Source: Nymphaea colorata | Lineage: Eukaryota | Length of the DNA: 64,000 nt | Assembly (NCBI RefSeq): GCF_008831285.2 | Contig: NC_045138.2 | Span: 32,550,001-32,614,000, forward strand | Reading direction: 5' to 3' | Shown here: piece after piece, positions 51,919 to 64,000 of the stretch | How the letters are laid out: each line of letters begins with the position of its first letter | Position numbering within the stretch: the stretch's first letter is position 1 | Notes under the pieces: model-generated | Database searches by the model: none | The model's input: the letters and a program-made list of their open reading frames with translations, nothing else | What the model was told of the DNA's origin: nothing | Position numbers and translations under genes: made by a program

Positions 51919-54900
51919 GTGCAATTTGACTTCAAATTCTTTTGATTTTCTTTGACTTTTCTCAATTTCTTGTTAGATCCTTAAAGTTATTGTATTTGAT
52001 TTGTTATATTTCCTAACTGCTTGTTAAATTATCAAGTTTTTAAGTGCACTTTTCAACATTGAATTTTCTAGATCACACTGGATTGCATGAACTTTTAAAA
52101 CAATTTTAAGCATGGTCTAAAGTAGAGGTTCACATTTTAAAAGTCAAAATCCTACTTTTGAGATTGTATAAGATTAGACCTCTAATCTAGACCTTTGGTC
52201 TGAATCCCGCATGCAGCATCTTAGACCAGATCAGCGTTGACCTTATATCCAAAATCTTGAGTCCAACATCCCAGACCGGATCAGGTGAGACCTCTGATCT
52301 TGACCATTTTTTCGAAATCCCAAATCCAACATCCCAAACCGGATTGGATGAGACCTCTAATCCGTATCATATATATATTGAAAATCTTGAATCCAACATC
52401 CCAGACCAGATCAGGTGAGACCTCTGATCTTGACCATTGGTCGAAATCCCAAATGCGACATCCCAAACCGGATTGGATGAGACCTCTAATCCGTATCATA
52501 TATATAAGTTTAAAATCCAACGTCCTAGACCATTTAAAATCAGACTTCTATTTTAAATCTTAGGATGGAACCCCAAATTCCATTTGATAAGGTGAAATCT
52601 ATGTTCTAGCTGGTTGCTCAAAATCTTGAGTCCAACATCCCAGACCAGATCAGGTGAGACCTCTGATCTTGACCATTTTTTCGAAATCCCAAATCCAACA
52701 TCCCAAACCGGATTGGATGAGACCTCTAATCAGTATCATATATATATCCAAAATCTTGAGTCCAACATCCCAGACCCGATCAGGTGAGACCTCTGATCTT
52801 GACCATTTTTTCGAAATCCCAAATCCAACATCCCAAACCGGATTGGATGAGACCTCTAATCCGTATAATATATATATCCAAAATCTTGATCCAACATCCC
52901 AGACCGGATCAGGTGAGACCTCTGATCTTGACCATTTTTTCGAAATCCCAAATCCAACATCCCAGACCGGATTGGATGAGACCTCTAATCCGTATCATAT
53001 ATATATCCAAAATCTTGAGTCCAACATGTCAGACCGGATCAGGTGAGACCTTTGATCTTGACCATTGGTCGAAATCCAAAATGCAACATCCCAAATCGGA
53101 TTGGATGAGACCTCTAATCCGTATCATATATATAAGTTTAAAATCCAACGTCCTAGACCATTTAAAATCAGACTTCTATTTTAAATCTTAGGATGGAATC
53201 CCAAATTCCATTTGATAAGGTGAGATCTATGTTCTAGCTGATGGTTCAAAATCTTGAGTCCAACATCCCAAACCGGATCAGGTGAGACCTCTGATCTTGA
53301 CCATTTTTTCGAAATCCCAAATCTAACATCCCAAACAGGATTGGATGAGACCTCTAATCCGTGTCATATATATATCCAAAATCTTGAGTCCAACATCCCA
53401 GACCGGATCAGGTGAGACCTCTGATCTTGACCATTTTTTCGAAATCCCAAATCCAACATCCCAAACCGGATTGGATGAGACCTCTAATCCGTATCATATA
53501 TATATTGAAAATCTTAAATCCAACATCCCAGACCAGATCAGGTGAGACCTCTGATCTTAACCATTGGTCGAAATCCCAAATGCAACATCCCAAACCGGAT
53601 TGGATGAGACCTCTAATCCGTATCATATATATAAGTTTAAAATCCAACGTCCTAGACCATTTAAAATCAGACTTCTATTTTAAATCTTAGGATGGAATCC
53701 CAAATTCCATTTGGCAAGCCGGACTAGATCGGACCTCTCATCTATCTCTTATATCAAAATTTCAAATCCCGTCTCATATATTTGATCACATGAAACATAT
53801 TTGATCACATGAAACAGATGGGTGGCTTTTTGATTTCCTGTAAATTCTTTTCACATCCCTTAGGAGTTTTTGAAATCACTTGAAGAATATTACTTTGTCT
53901 ATATAGATCTTCGAATCTTCTCAATTCCTTGTATTTGATTTAAAATATTAACTAAATGCTTGTCAAATTCTCAAAGTTTTTCAATGCACTTTTCCATTTT
54001 GATGTTTGTTGGTTATAGTGGATTGAATGAATTTTTAAAATGATTTTTAGCGTGGTGTAAAGTAGAGGTTCGAGTTTTAAAGTTCAAAATCCAATCCAGC
54101 ATTTGAGACTGTAGAAAACTAGACCTCCAATCAGAAGCTTTGGTCTAAATCCTGCATGCAACATCCTAGACCGGATCGGTGCTGACCTCTGATTCAAACA
54201 TTAGCTCTGAATCCCTAATTCAACACCTCATACCAGATGAGATTAGACCTCTGATCTATTTCTTAGATGCAAACCCTAAATCAAACGTCATAGAACTGAT
54301 ACAAATGGTTTATGAATCTTTGAAATCACTTCCTGTTTTATAAATCTTTGAAACCACTCTATGTTTTCCAAAATTTTGTAAATTGACTTCAAATTCTTAT
54401 TATTGATTTTCTTGGAATTTTCTCAATTTCACTAGAGATCTTCAATTTTTTTGGATTTGATTTCGCACTTCTCTTAAATCATTGCAAAATTCTCAAGTTT
54501 GTAAATGCACCTTTCAACTTTTAGGTTTCTAAATTCCATTGGATTGTATGTATACTCAAAGCGATTTTAAACATGGTCTAGACTTGGGGGTTAATATTTT
54601 AAAATTCACATCCACATTCAAAATATAAATTCGACATCCTAGACCGGATAAGGTGAGATCTATGTTCTAGCTGGTAGTTCAAAATCTTGAGTCCAACATC
54701 CCAGACCGGATCAGGTGAGACCTCTGATCTTGACCATTTTTTCGAAATCTCAAATCCAACATCCCAAACCGGATTGGATGAGACCTCTAATCCGTATCAT
54801 ATATATATCCAAAATCTTGAGTCCAACATCCCAGACCGGATTAGGTGAGACCTCTGATCTTGACCAATTTTTCGAAATCCCAAATCCAACATCCCAAACC

Positions 54901-57900
54901 GGATTGGATGAGACCTCTAATCCGTATCATATATATATTGAAAATCTTGAATCCAACATCCCAGACCAGATCAGGTGAGACCTCTGATCTTGACCATTGG
55001 TCGAAATCCCAAATGCAACATCCCAAACCGGACTGGATGAGGCCTCTAATCCGTATCATATATATAAGTTTAAAATCCAACGTCCTAGACCGTTTAAAAT
55101 CAGACTTCTATTTTAATTCTTAGGATGGAATCCCAAATTCCAGTTGATTAGGTGAGATCTATGTTCTAGCTGGTTGTTCAAAATCTTGAGTCCAACATCC
55201 CAGACCGGATTAGGTGAGAGCTCTGATCTTGACCATTTTTTCGAAATCCCAAATCCAACATCCCAAACCGGATTGGATGAGACCTCTAATCCGTATCATA
55301 TATATATCCAAAATCTTGAGTCCAACATCCCAGATCGGATCAGGTGAGACCTCTGATCTTGACCATTTTTTCGAAATCCCAAATCCAACATCCTTGACCA
55401 TTTTTTCGAAATCCCAAATCCAACATCCCAAACCGGATTGGATGAGACCTCTAATCCGTATCATATATATATCCAAAATCTTGAGTCCAACATCCTTGAC
55501 CGGATTGGATGAGACCTCTAATCCGTATCATATATATATCCAAAATCTTGAGTCCACATCTCAGACCGGATCAGGTGAGACCTCTCATCTTGACCATTTT
55601 TTCGAAATCCCAAATCCAACATCCCAAACCAGATTGGATGAGACCTCTAATCGGTATCATATATATATGAAAATCTTGAATCCAACATGTCAGACCAGTC
55701 TCAAATGCAACATCCCAAACCGGATTGGATGAGACCTCTAATCCGTATCATATATATAAGTTTAAAATCCAACGTCCTAGACAATTTAAAATCAGACTTC
55801 TATTTTAATTCTTAGGATGGAATCCCAAATTCCATTTGATAAGGTGAGATCTATGTTCTAGCTGGTTGTTCAAAATCTTGAGTCCAACATCCCAGACCGG
55901 ATCAGGTGAGACCTCTGATTTTGACCATTTTTTTGAAATCCCAATCCAACATCCCAAACCGGATTGGATGAGACCTCTAATCCGTATCATATATATATCC
56001 AAAATCTTGAGTCCAACATCCCAGACCGGATCAGGTGAGACCTCTGATCTTGACCATTTTTTCGAAATCCCAAATCCAACATCCTAAACCAGATTGGATG
56101 AGACCTCTAATCCGTATCATATATATATTGAAATTCTTGAATCCAACATCTCAGACCAGTCTCAAATGCAACATCCTAAACCGGATTGGATGATACCTCT
56201 AATCCGTATCATATATATAAGTTTAAAATCCAACGTCCTAGACCATTTAAAATCAGACTTCTATTTTAATTCTTAGGATGGAATCCCAAATTCCATTTGA
56301 TAAGGTGAGATCTATGTTCTAGCTGGTTGTTCACAATCTTGAGTCCAACATCCCAGACCGGATCAGGTGGACCTCTGATCTTGACCATTTTTTTGAAATC
56401 CCAAATCCAACATCCCAAACCGGATTGGATGAGCCCCCTAATCCGTATCATATATATATCCAAAATCTTGAGTCCAACATCCCAGACCGGATCAGGTGAG
56501 ACCTCTGATCTTGACCATTTTTTCGAAATCCCTAATCCAACATGCTTGACCATTTTTTCGAAATCCCAAATCCAACATCCCAAACCGGATTGGATGAGAC
56601 GTCTAATCCGTATCATATATATATCCAAAATCTTTAGTCCAACATCCCAGACCGGATTAGATGAGACCTCTAATCCGTATCATATATATATCCAAAATCT
56701 TGAGTCCAACATCCCAGACCGGATCAGGTGAGACCTTTGATCTTGACCATTTTTTCGAAATCCCAAATCCAACATCCCAAACCGGATTGGATGAGACCTC
56801 TAATCCGTATCATATATATGTTGAAAATCTTGAATCCACATCCCAGACCAGATCAGGTGAGACCTCTGATCTTGACCATTGGTCGAAATCCCAAATGCAA
56901 CATCCCAAACCGGAATGGATGAGACCTCTAATCCGTATCATATATATAAGTTTAAAATCCAACGTCCTAGACCATTTAAAATCAGACTTCTATTTTAATT
57001 CTTAGGATGGAATCCCAAATTCCATTTGATAAGGTGAGATCTATGTTCTAGCTGGTTGTTCAAAATCTTGAGTCCAGCATCCCAGACAGGATCAGGTGAG
57101 ACCTCTGATCTTGACCATTTTTTCGAAATCCCAAATCCAACATCCCAAACCGGATTGGATGAGACCTCTAATCCGTATCATATATATATCCAAAATCTTG
57201 AGTCCAACGTCCCAGACCGGATCAGGTGAGCCCTCTGATCTTGACCATTTTTTCGAAATCCCAAATCCAACATCCCAAACTGGATTGGATGAGACCTCTA
57301 ATCCGTATCATATATATATCCAAAATCTTGAGTCAACATCCCAGACCGGATCAGGTGAGACCTCTCATCTTGACCATTTTTTCGAAATCCCAAATCGAAC
57401 CTCCCAAACCGGATTGGATGAGACCTCTAATCCGGATCATATATATATTGAAAGTCTTGAATCCAACATTGTAGACCTGATCAGGTGAGACCTCTTATCT
57501 TGACCATTGCTCGAAATCCCAAATGCGACATCCAAAACCGGATTGGATGAGACCTATAATCCGTATCATATATATAAGTTTAAAATCCAACGTCCTAGAC
57601 CATTTAAAATCAGACTTCTATTTTAAATTTAGGATGGATCCCAAATTCCATTTGATAAGGTGAGATCTATGTTCTAGCCGGTTGTTCAAAATCTTGTATC
57701 ATATATATATCCAAAATCTTGAGTCCAACATCCCAAACCGGATTGGATGAAACCTCTAATCCGTATCATATATATATTGAATATCTTGCATCCAACATCC
57801 CAGACCAGATCAGGTGAGACCTCTGATCTTGACCATTGGTCGAAATTCCAAATGCATCATCCCAAACCGGATTGGATGAGACCTCTAATCCGTAGCATAT

Positions 57901-60900
57901 ATATAAGTTTAAAATCCAACATCCTAGTCCATTTAAAATCAGACTTCTATTTTAAATCTTAGGATGAAATCCCAAATTCCATTTGATAAGGTGAGATCTA
58001 TGTTCTAGCTGGTTGTTCAAAATCTTGAGTCCAACATCCCAGACCGGATCAGGTGAGACCTCTGATCTTGACCATTTTTTGGAAATCCCAAATCCAACAT
58101 CCCAAACCGGATTGGATGAGACCTCTAATCCGTATCATATATATATCCAAAATCATGAGTCCAACATCCCAGACCGGATCAGGTGAGACCTCTGATCTTG
58201 ATCAATTTTTCGAAATCCCAAATCCAACATCTCAAACCGGATTGGATGAGACCTCTAATCCGTATCATATATATATTGAAAATCTTGAATCCAACATCCC
58301 AGACCAGATCAGGTGAGACCTCTGATCTTGACCATTGGTCGAAATCCCAAATGCAACATCCCAAACCGGATTGGATGAGACCTCTAATCCGTATTATATA
58401 TATAAGTTTAAAATCCAGCGTCCTAGACCATTTAAAATCGGACTTCTATTTTAAATCTTAGGATGGAATCCCAAATTCCATTTGGCAAGCCGGACTAGAT
58501 TGGACCTCTCATCTATCTCTTATATTAAAATTTCAAATCCCGTCTCATATATTTGATCACATGAAACAAATGGGTGGCTTTTTGATTTCCTGTAAATTCT
58601 TTTCACATCCCTTAGGAGTTTTTGAAATCACTTGAAGAATATTACTTTGTCTAGATAGATCTTCGAATCTTCTCAATTCCTTTTATTTGATTTAAAATAT
58701 TTCCTAAATGCTTGTCAAATTCTCAAAGTTTTTCAATGCACTTTTCCATTTTGATGTTTGTTGGTTATAGTGGATTGAATGAATTTTTAAAATGATTTTA
58801 AGCGTGGTGTAAAGTAGAGGTTCGAGTTTTAAAGTTCAAAATCCAATCCAGCATTTGGGACTGTAGAAAACTAGACCTCCAATCAGAAGCTTTGGTCTAA
58901 ATCCTGCATGCAACATCCTAGACCGGATCAGTGCTGACCTCTGATTCAATCATTAGCTCCGAATCCCTAATTCAACTCATACCAGATCAGGTTAGACCTC
59001 TGATCTTTTTCTTGGATGCAAACCCTAAATCAAACGTCATTGAACTGATACAAAATGTTTATGAATCTTTGAAATCATTTCCAGTTTTATAAATCTTTGA
59101 AACCACTCTCTAAGTTTTCCAAAATTTTGTAAATTGACTTCAAATTCTTATTATTGATTTTCTTGGAATTTTCTCAATTTCACCAGAGATCTTCAATTTT
59201 TTTGGATTTGATTTCGCACTTCTCTTAAATCATTGCTAAATTCTCAAGTTTGTAAATGCACCTTTCAACTTTTAGGTTTCTAAATTCCATGGGATTGTAT
59301 GTATACTCAAAGCGATTTTAAACGTGGTCTAGACTTGGGTTAATATTTTAAAATTCACATCCACATTCAAAATATACATTCGACATCCTAGTCCGGATAA
59401 GGTGAGATCTATGTTCTAGCTGGTTGTTCAAAATCTTAAGTCCAACATCCCATACCGGATCAGGTGAGACCTCTGATCTTGACCATTTTTTCGAAATCCC
59501 AAATCCAACATCCCAAACCGGATTGGATGAGACCTCTAATCCGTATCATATATATATTCAAAATCTTGAATCCAACATCCCAAACCAGATCAGGTGAGAC
59601 CATTGGTCAAAATCCCAAATGCAACATCCCAAACCGGATTGGATGAGACCTTTAATCCGTATCATATATATAAGTTTAAAATCCAACGTCCTAGACCATT
59701 TAAAATCAGACTTCTATTTTAAATCTTAGGATGGAATCTCAAATTCCATTTGGCAAGCCGGACTAGATCGGACCTCTTATCTATCTCTTATATCAAAATT
59801 TCATATCCCGTCTCATATATTTGATCACATGAAACAGATGGGTGGCTTTTTGATTTCCTGTAAGTTCTTTTCACATCCCTTAGGAGTTTTTGAAATCACT
59901 TGAAGAATATTACTTTGTCTATATAGATCTTCGAATCTTCTCAATTCCTTGTATTTGATTTAAAATATTTCCTAAATGCTTGTCAAATTCTCAAAGTTTT
60001 TCAATGCACTTTTCCATTTTGATGTTTGTTGGTTATAGTGGATTGAATGAATTTTTAAAATGATTTTTAGCGTGGTGTAAAGTAGAGGTTCGAGTTTTAA
60101 AGTTCAAAATCCAATCCAGCATTTGGATTTGATTTCACACTTCTCTTAAATCATTGCTAAATTCTCAAGTTTGTAAATGCACCTTTCAACTTTTAGGTTT
60201 CTAAATTCCATTGGATTGTATGTATACTCAAAGCGATTTTAAACATGGTCTAGACTTGGGTTAATATTTTAAAATTCACATCCACATTCAAAATATACAT
60301 TCGACATCCTAGACCGCATAAGGTGAGATCTGTGTTCTAGCTGGTTGTTCAAAATCTTGAGTCCAATATCCCAGACCAGATCAGGTGAGACCTATGATCT
60401 TGACCATTTTTTCGAAATCCCAAATCCAACATCCCAAACCGGATTGGATGAGACCTCTAATCCGTATCATATATATATTCAAAATCTTGAATTCAACATC
60501 CCAAACCAGATCAGGTGAGACCTCTGATCTTGACCATTGATCAAAATCCCAAATGCAACATCCCAAACCGGATTGGATGAGACCTTTAATCCGTATCATA
60601 TATATAAGTTTAAAATCCAACGTCCTAGACCATTTAAAATCAGACTTCTATTTTAAATCTTAGGATGGAATCCCAAATTCCATTTGGCAAGCCGGACTAG
60701 ATCGGACCTCTTATCTATCTCTTATATCAAAATTTCATATCCCGTCTCATATATTTGATCACATGAAACAGATGGGTGGCTTTTTGATTTCCTGTAAATT
60801 CTTTTCACATCCCTTAGGAGTTTTTGAAATCACTTGAAGAATATTACTTTGTCTATATAGATCTTCGAATCTTCTCAATTCCTTGTATTTGATTTAAAAT

Positions 60901-61587
60901 ATTTCCTAAATGCTTGTCAAATTCTCAAAGTTTTTCAATGCACTTTTCCATTTTGATGTTTGTTGGTTATAGTGGATTGAATGAATTTTTAAAATGATTT
61001 TTAGCGTGGTGTAAAGTAGAGGTTCGAGTTTTAAAGTTCAAAATCCAATCCAGCATTTGGATTTGATTTCACACTTCTCTTAAATCATTGCTAAATTCTC
61101 AAGTTTGTAAATGCACCTTTCAACTTTTAGGTTTCTAAATTCCATTGGATTGTATGTATACTCAAAGCGATTTTAAACATGGTCTAGACTTGGGTTAATA
61201 TTTTAAAATTCACATCCACATTCAAAATATACATTCGACATCCTAGACCGCATAAGGTGAGATCTGTGTTCTAGCTGGTTGTTCAAAATCTTGAGTCCAA
61301 TATCCCAGACCAGATCAGGTGAGACCTATGATCTTGACCATTTTTTCGAAATCCCAAATCCAACATCCCAAACCGGATTGGATGAGACCTCTAATCCGTA
61401 TCATATATATATTCAAAATCTTGAATCCAACATCCCAAACCAGATCAGGTGAGACCTCTGATCTTGACCATTGGTCGAAATCCCAAATCCAACATGCCAA
61501 AGGGGATTGGATGAGACCTCTAATCCATATCATATATATAAGTTTAAAATCCAACGTCCTAGACCATTTAAAATCAGACTTCTATTC
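51918..61587. repeat. Hierarchical tandem-repeat array 2 (same monomers, ~0.93-kb higher-order repeat at its 3' end)
   Basis: Same A/B monomers, linkers and AT-rich spacers. 60381 and 61315 are offset by 934 bp. Confidence 0.97.
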
Positions 61588-62042
61588 TATAGGTTCCAAA
61601 GTTGGATCATCTAATAGCTTAGGCGTATATGCAGTGTGTAATGCAGATTTTTTCTCCATTTTGCGGTTTATTTTATCTGCTTTTGCAGTGTTATATAGAC
61701 TTTCTAACTTTTTCAAATCATTGCGCAGAAAACATAAATTTCTCTTTCTAATAACAAGTTAGTGCTTTGCTTTGCATATGAATCAATTTTGTGCCCATGG
61801 TTGAATTCTCGTGCATGCGCACTTCCTCTCCAGTAGATTTCATGCATACATAATTTTGGGTTCAAAGCACGTTGGTAGCTTCTCTCGCTTTCCTTCTACT
61901 ATCTCGACTCTGCCCAGCTGCGTTCGAGAATAGAAAGGGGAAATGAAGAAGAAAGAGTGATTACCCACCAAATTAGGACAAACCCCAACACCAACAGGGG
62001 GATTACTTTCGTTACCTTTTTCATAAAAGTCGGATCACCCTA

Positions 62043-62080
<38 letters not shown>
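62043..62080. repeat. Compound (AC)n(AT)n microsatellite
   Basis: Direct reading. Confidence 0.9.
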
Positions 62081-62086
62081 GAAGGG

Positions 62087-62410
62087 TGATACAAGTGGGG
62101 CCTCATAGTAAGTGGATCCAGGTCCCCTACTCTTAGTCATACTATATTATCGTCATTTACATTTCAAGACTTCATATCAGGGGTACTATCAGTCACCCTT
62201 CCCTCAAACCTTAACGTGTCCTCAAGGTGTTAACTCTGGAAGGCATTGGTGCACTTGTTGAGTGTTTTCCCAACTGGGATAGTGTGCGTCATCTCCTTGC
62301 CGCTCCACTATCTCTTGGACTACAGACTTGCTCTTTGGACTAAACACCCTAAATGGAAATAGAGAACGTCTTCTGAGACATTCTTTCTGCCCTTTCAGGA
62401 ACACCCTTGG
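62087..62410 (-). mobile_element. Remnant of a Ty3/Gypsy chromovirus 3' end (chromodomain tail, polypurine tract, short LTR-like piece)
   Basis: Minus strand ..PSWENTQQVHQCLPEL(frameshift)LEDTLRFEGRVTD, then GAGGGAAGGG followed by TGATAG (62191), with matching TATCA ending at 62087. Confidence 0.45.
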
Positions 62411-62621
62411 TTTAATAGTGACAAAAATGGAGACACTTTTCTTTTCTTATAAGCGAGAATGGTATTTGCTTTGTGGCTTTGGGTTAAACATATTTCACAC
62501 TTAACACAAAAACACAAGCACGTACAGACAGACACACATACGAGCAAATATGAGAATTAAGTAAATTGATTTAATGCTTCTAATTGTTTTGATTGATTGC
62601 TCACAAGGTGTTACATGCAAA

Positions 62622-63123
62622 GTTATTTTTGTTTTGCTTTTATGATTTATGAATTATCATTTTTTTTAAGATGAAAGATTTATGATGTTACGTCTATTGG
62701 GATTATATTTTTCAGTCTATTACATTGGAGTTTTCAGCCTATTTGTGTTGGATTTTTTAATTTATTGTGCCTTGGCTTTTTGTTGGTTGTTTTGTTTCTG
62801 TCCCATCAGAAACCCTGTCCGTTAGAAACTGAGCTATGCATTCTGTCGGTTAGAAACTCTTCCGTTTTTATTTTTAGATTTTCTGTGCCTTGTAATAGTT
62901 AATGCGTTATGTATATTTTTTATATTTTTTTAATGTCTGTGGAATCCATGTTTTGTACATATCTCTTCGGCTGAAGACAGATTTTTTAGTGCCATGTTTT
63001 GTTTCTATAGAAGTGGTTAATAGTATAACATGATAACTTAATAATAGTTAGTATTTCATACTTTATAGACGTGAGATTCAATGTTTGAAGAATAAATATT
63101 CTGCTGTTGTGCATAGCTATTCA
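62622..63123. repeat. Single dispersed unit of the T-rich ~530-bp repeat
   Basis: Matches units in 8682-11962 and ends in GCTGTTGTGCATAGCTATTCA. Confidence 0.88.
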
Positions 63124-63960
63124 TTCCGTGGTAGCAACTGAGCGGATAGTCATGTATCGGGAAAGATTTGCCGGAATGTACTCTGCACGTGCCTATTCAC
63201 TGGCACAGGTTGGAAAAAATTACTACTCTAGTTTAAAATCTTATTGTTATGCCCATATATGTCACCTCTTCCAAGAATCATATGTTTTTCAGTTTAAGAA
63301 TCACTTGTATTCCTGGTGGTGGGTTGGGGTACAGATGTAAATACAGTAGATGTAGCTATTGCCTCATCCAACTAGTCAGGAACAGGCTGTCAGTCATAGA
63401 TAAAGGATTCAATGTACATAATTTTATCAAATCCAATTGCTCGAAAGGATTCAATGTACATAATTTTATCAGATCCAATTGCTTGATATAATTGATTTTG
63501 AAGATCCACTGGATTTGATAAAATGGTTGTACAAATGGTAGCGATTGATCACTTTTTCCATATAATGAATTTCTTGAGTATGAAAATTCGAAGTTGGGTT
63601 CAAGTTGGACATCAGATAACATCTAACGTTTTATCCATAGTGGTGGAAATAGATGCAGGAAAATACCAAGAAAAAAAATTATTTCAACTGAATTTCTATT
63701 TCATCTGTATGAATGCAGGTCGCCATCGAAATTCCTTGTGCATTGATCCAAGCTGTTACATTTTGGATTATCACATACCCTTCAGTTGGTTATTACTGGT
63801 CTGCTTATAAGATCTTATGGTACATCTTTTTGCTATTTTCTATGCTCATCTTGGGATGCTGGTGGTCTCATTAACTCCAAACGCTCAAATTGCTGCTATC
63901 CTGCAATCTGTTTTCAACACATTACTGACTCTCTTTTCTGGCTTCCTGATATCTGGAAAA
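63124..63960 (+). pseudogene. ABCG/PDR transporter fragment (second transmembrane domain, two exons); continues beyond the window
   Basis: Exon 63124-63208 VVATERIVMYRERFAGMYSARAYSLAQ|GT. Exon 63719-63960 [31 protein letters not shown]..(frameshift ~63830)..[33 protein letters not shown]. No upstream exons. Confidence 0.88.
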
Positions 63961-64000
63961 GTAAGAATAGATTTGTGCTTTTGCTTTTCTGGATGTCGTT

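Noticed and set aside
26580..61587. CRISPR-like reading of the palindromic ~65-bp repeats
   Set aside because: Intervening sequences are repeated rather than unique spacers, there are no cas genes, and the context is eukaryotic with spliceosomal introns
27448..61762. Dozens of MRPLILTIFSKSQIQHPKPDW-type ORFs
   Set aside because: Translations of the satellite. The 130-bp period is not a multiple of 3 and indels shift frames freely.

Overview
Repeat-dominated, AT-rich nuclear DNA of a flowering plant; the species cannot be determined from the sequence. I found no intact protein-coding gene. The window contains: (1) nested segmental duplications (878-4945 ~ 18188-22405 with partial copies at 36606-37690 and 43498-44590; 12275-13720 ~ 16581-18100; 5840-10760 ~ 38985-43500; 22420-36505 ~ 47900-61587); (2) two ~10 kb hierarchical tandem-repeat arrays built from ~65-bp monomers, each with an internal dyad; (3) a T-rich ~500-700-bp tandem repeat family; (4) scattered minus-strand pseudogene fragments of G-type lectin S-domain receptor-like kinases; (5) a mitochondrial insertion (rrn5 plus a D-arm-deleted trnP) abutting a truncated kinase exon; (6) an orphan SAL1/FRY1-like first exon next to a Mutator-like terminus; (7) MITEs and other TE remnants; (8) a 5'-truncated, frameshifted ABCG/PDR fragment at the right edge. 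A 100-N gap lies at 36506-36605, so some duplication across it may be uncollapsed haplotype. Most ORFs in the supplied track are artefacts of repeats. All homology calls come from recognising motifs by eye, not from database searches.
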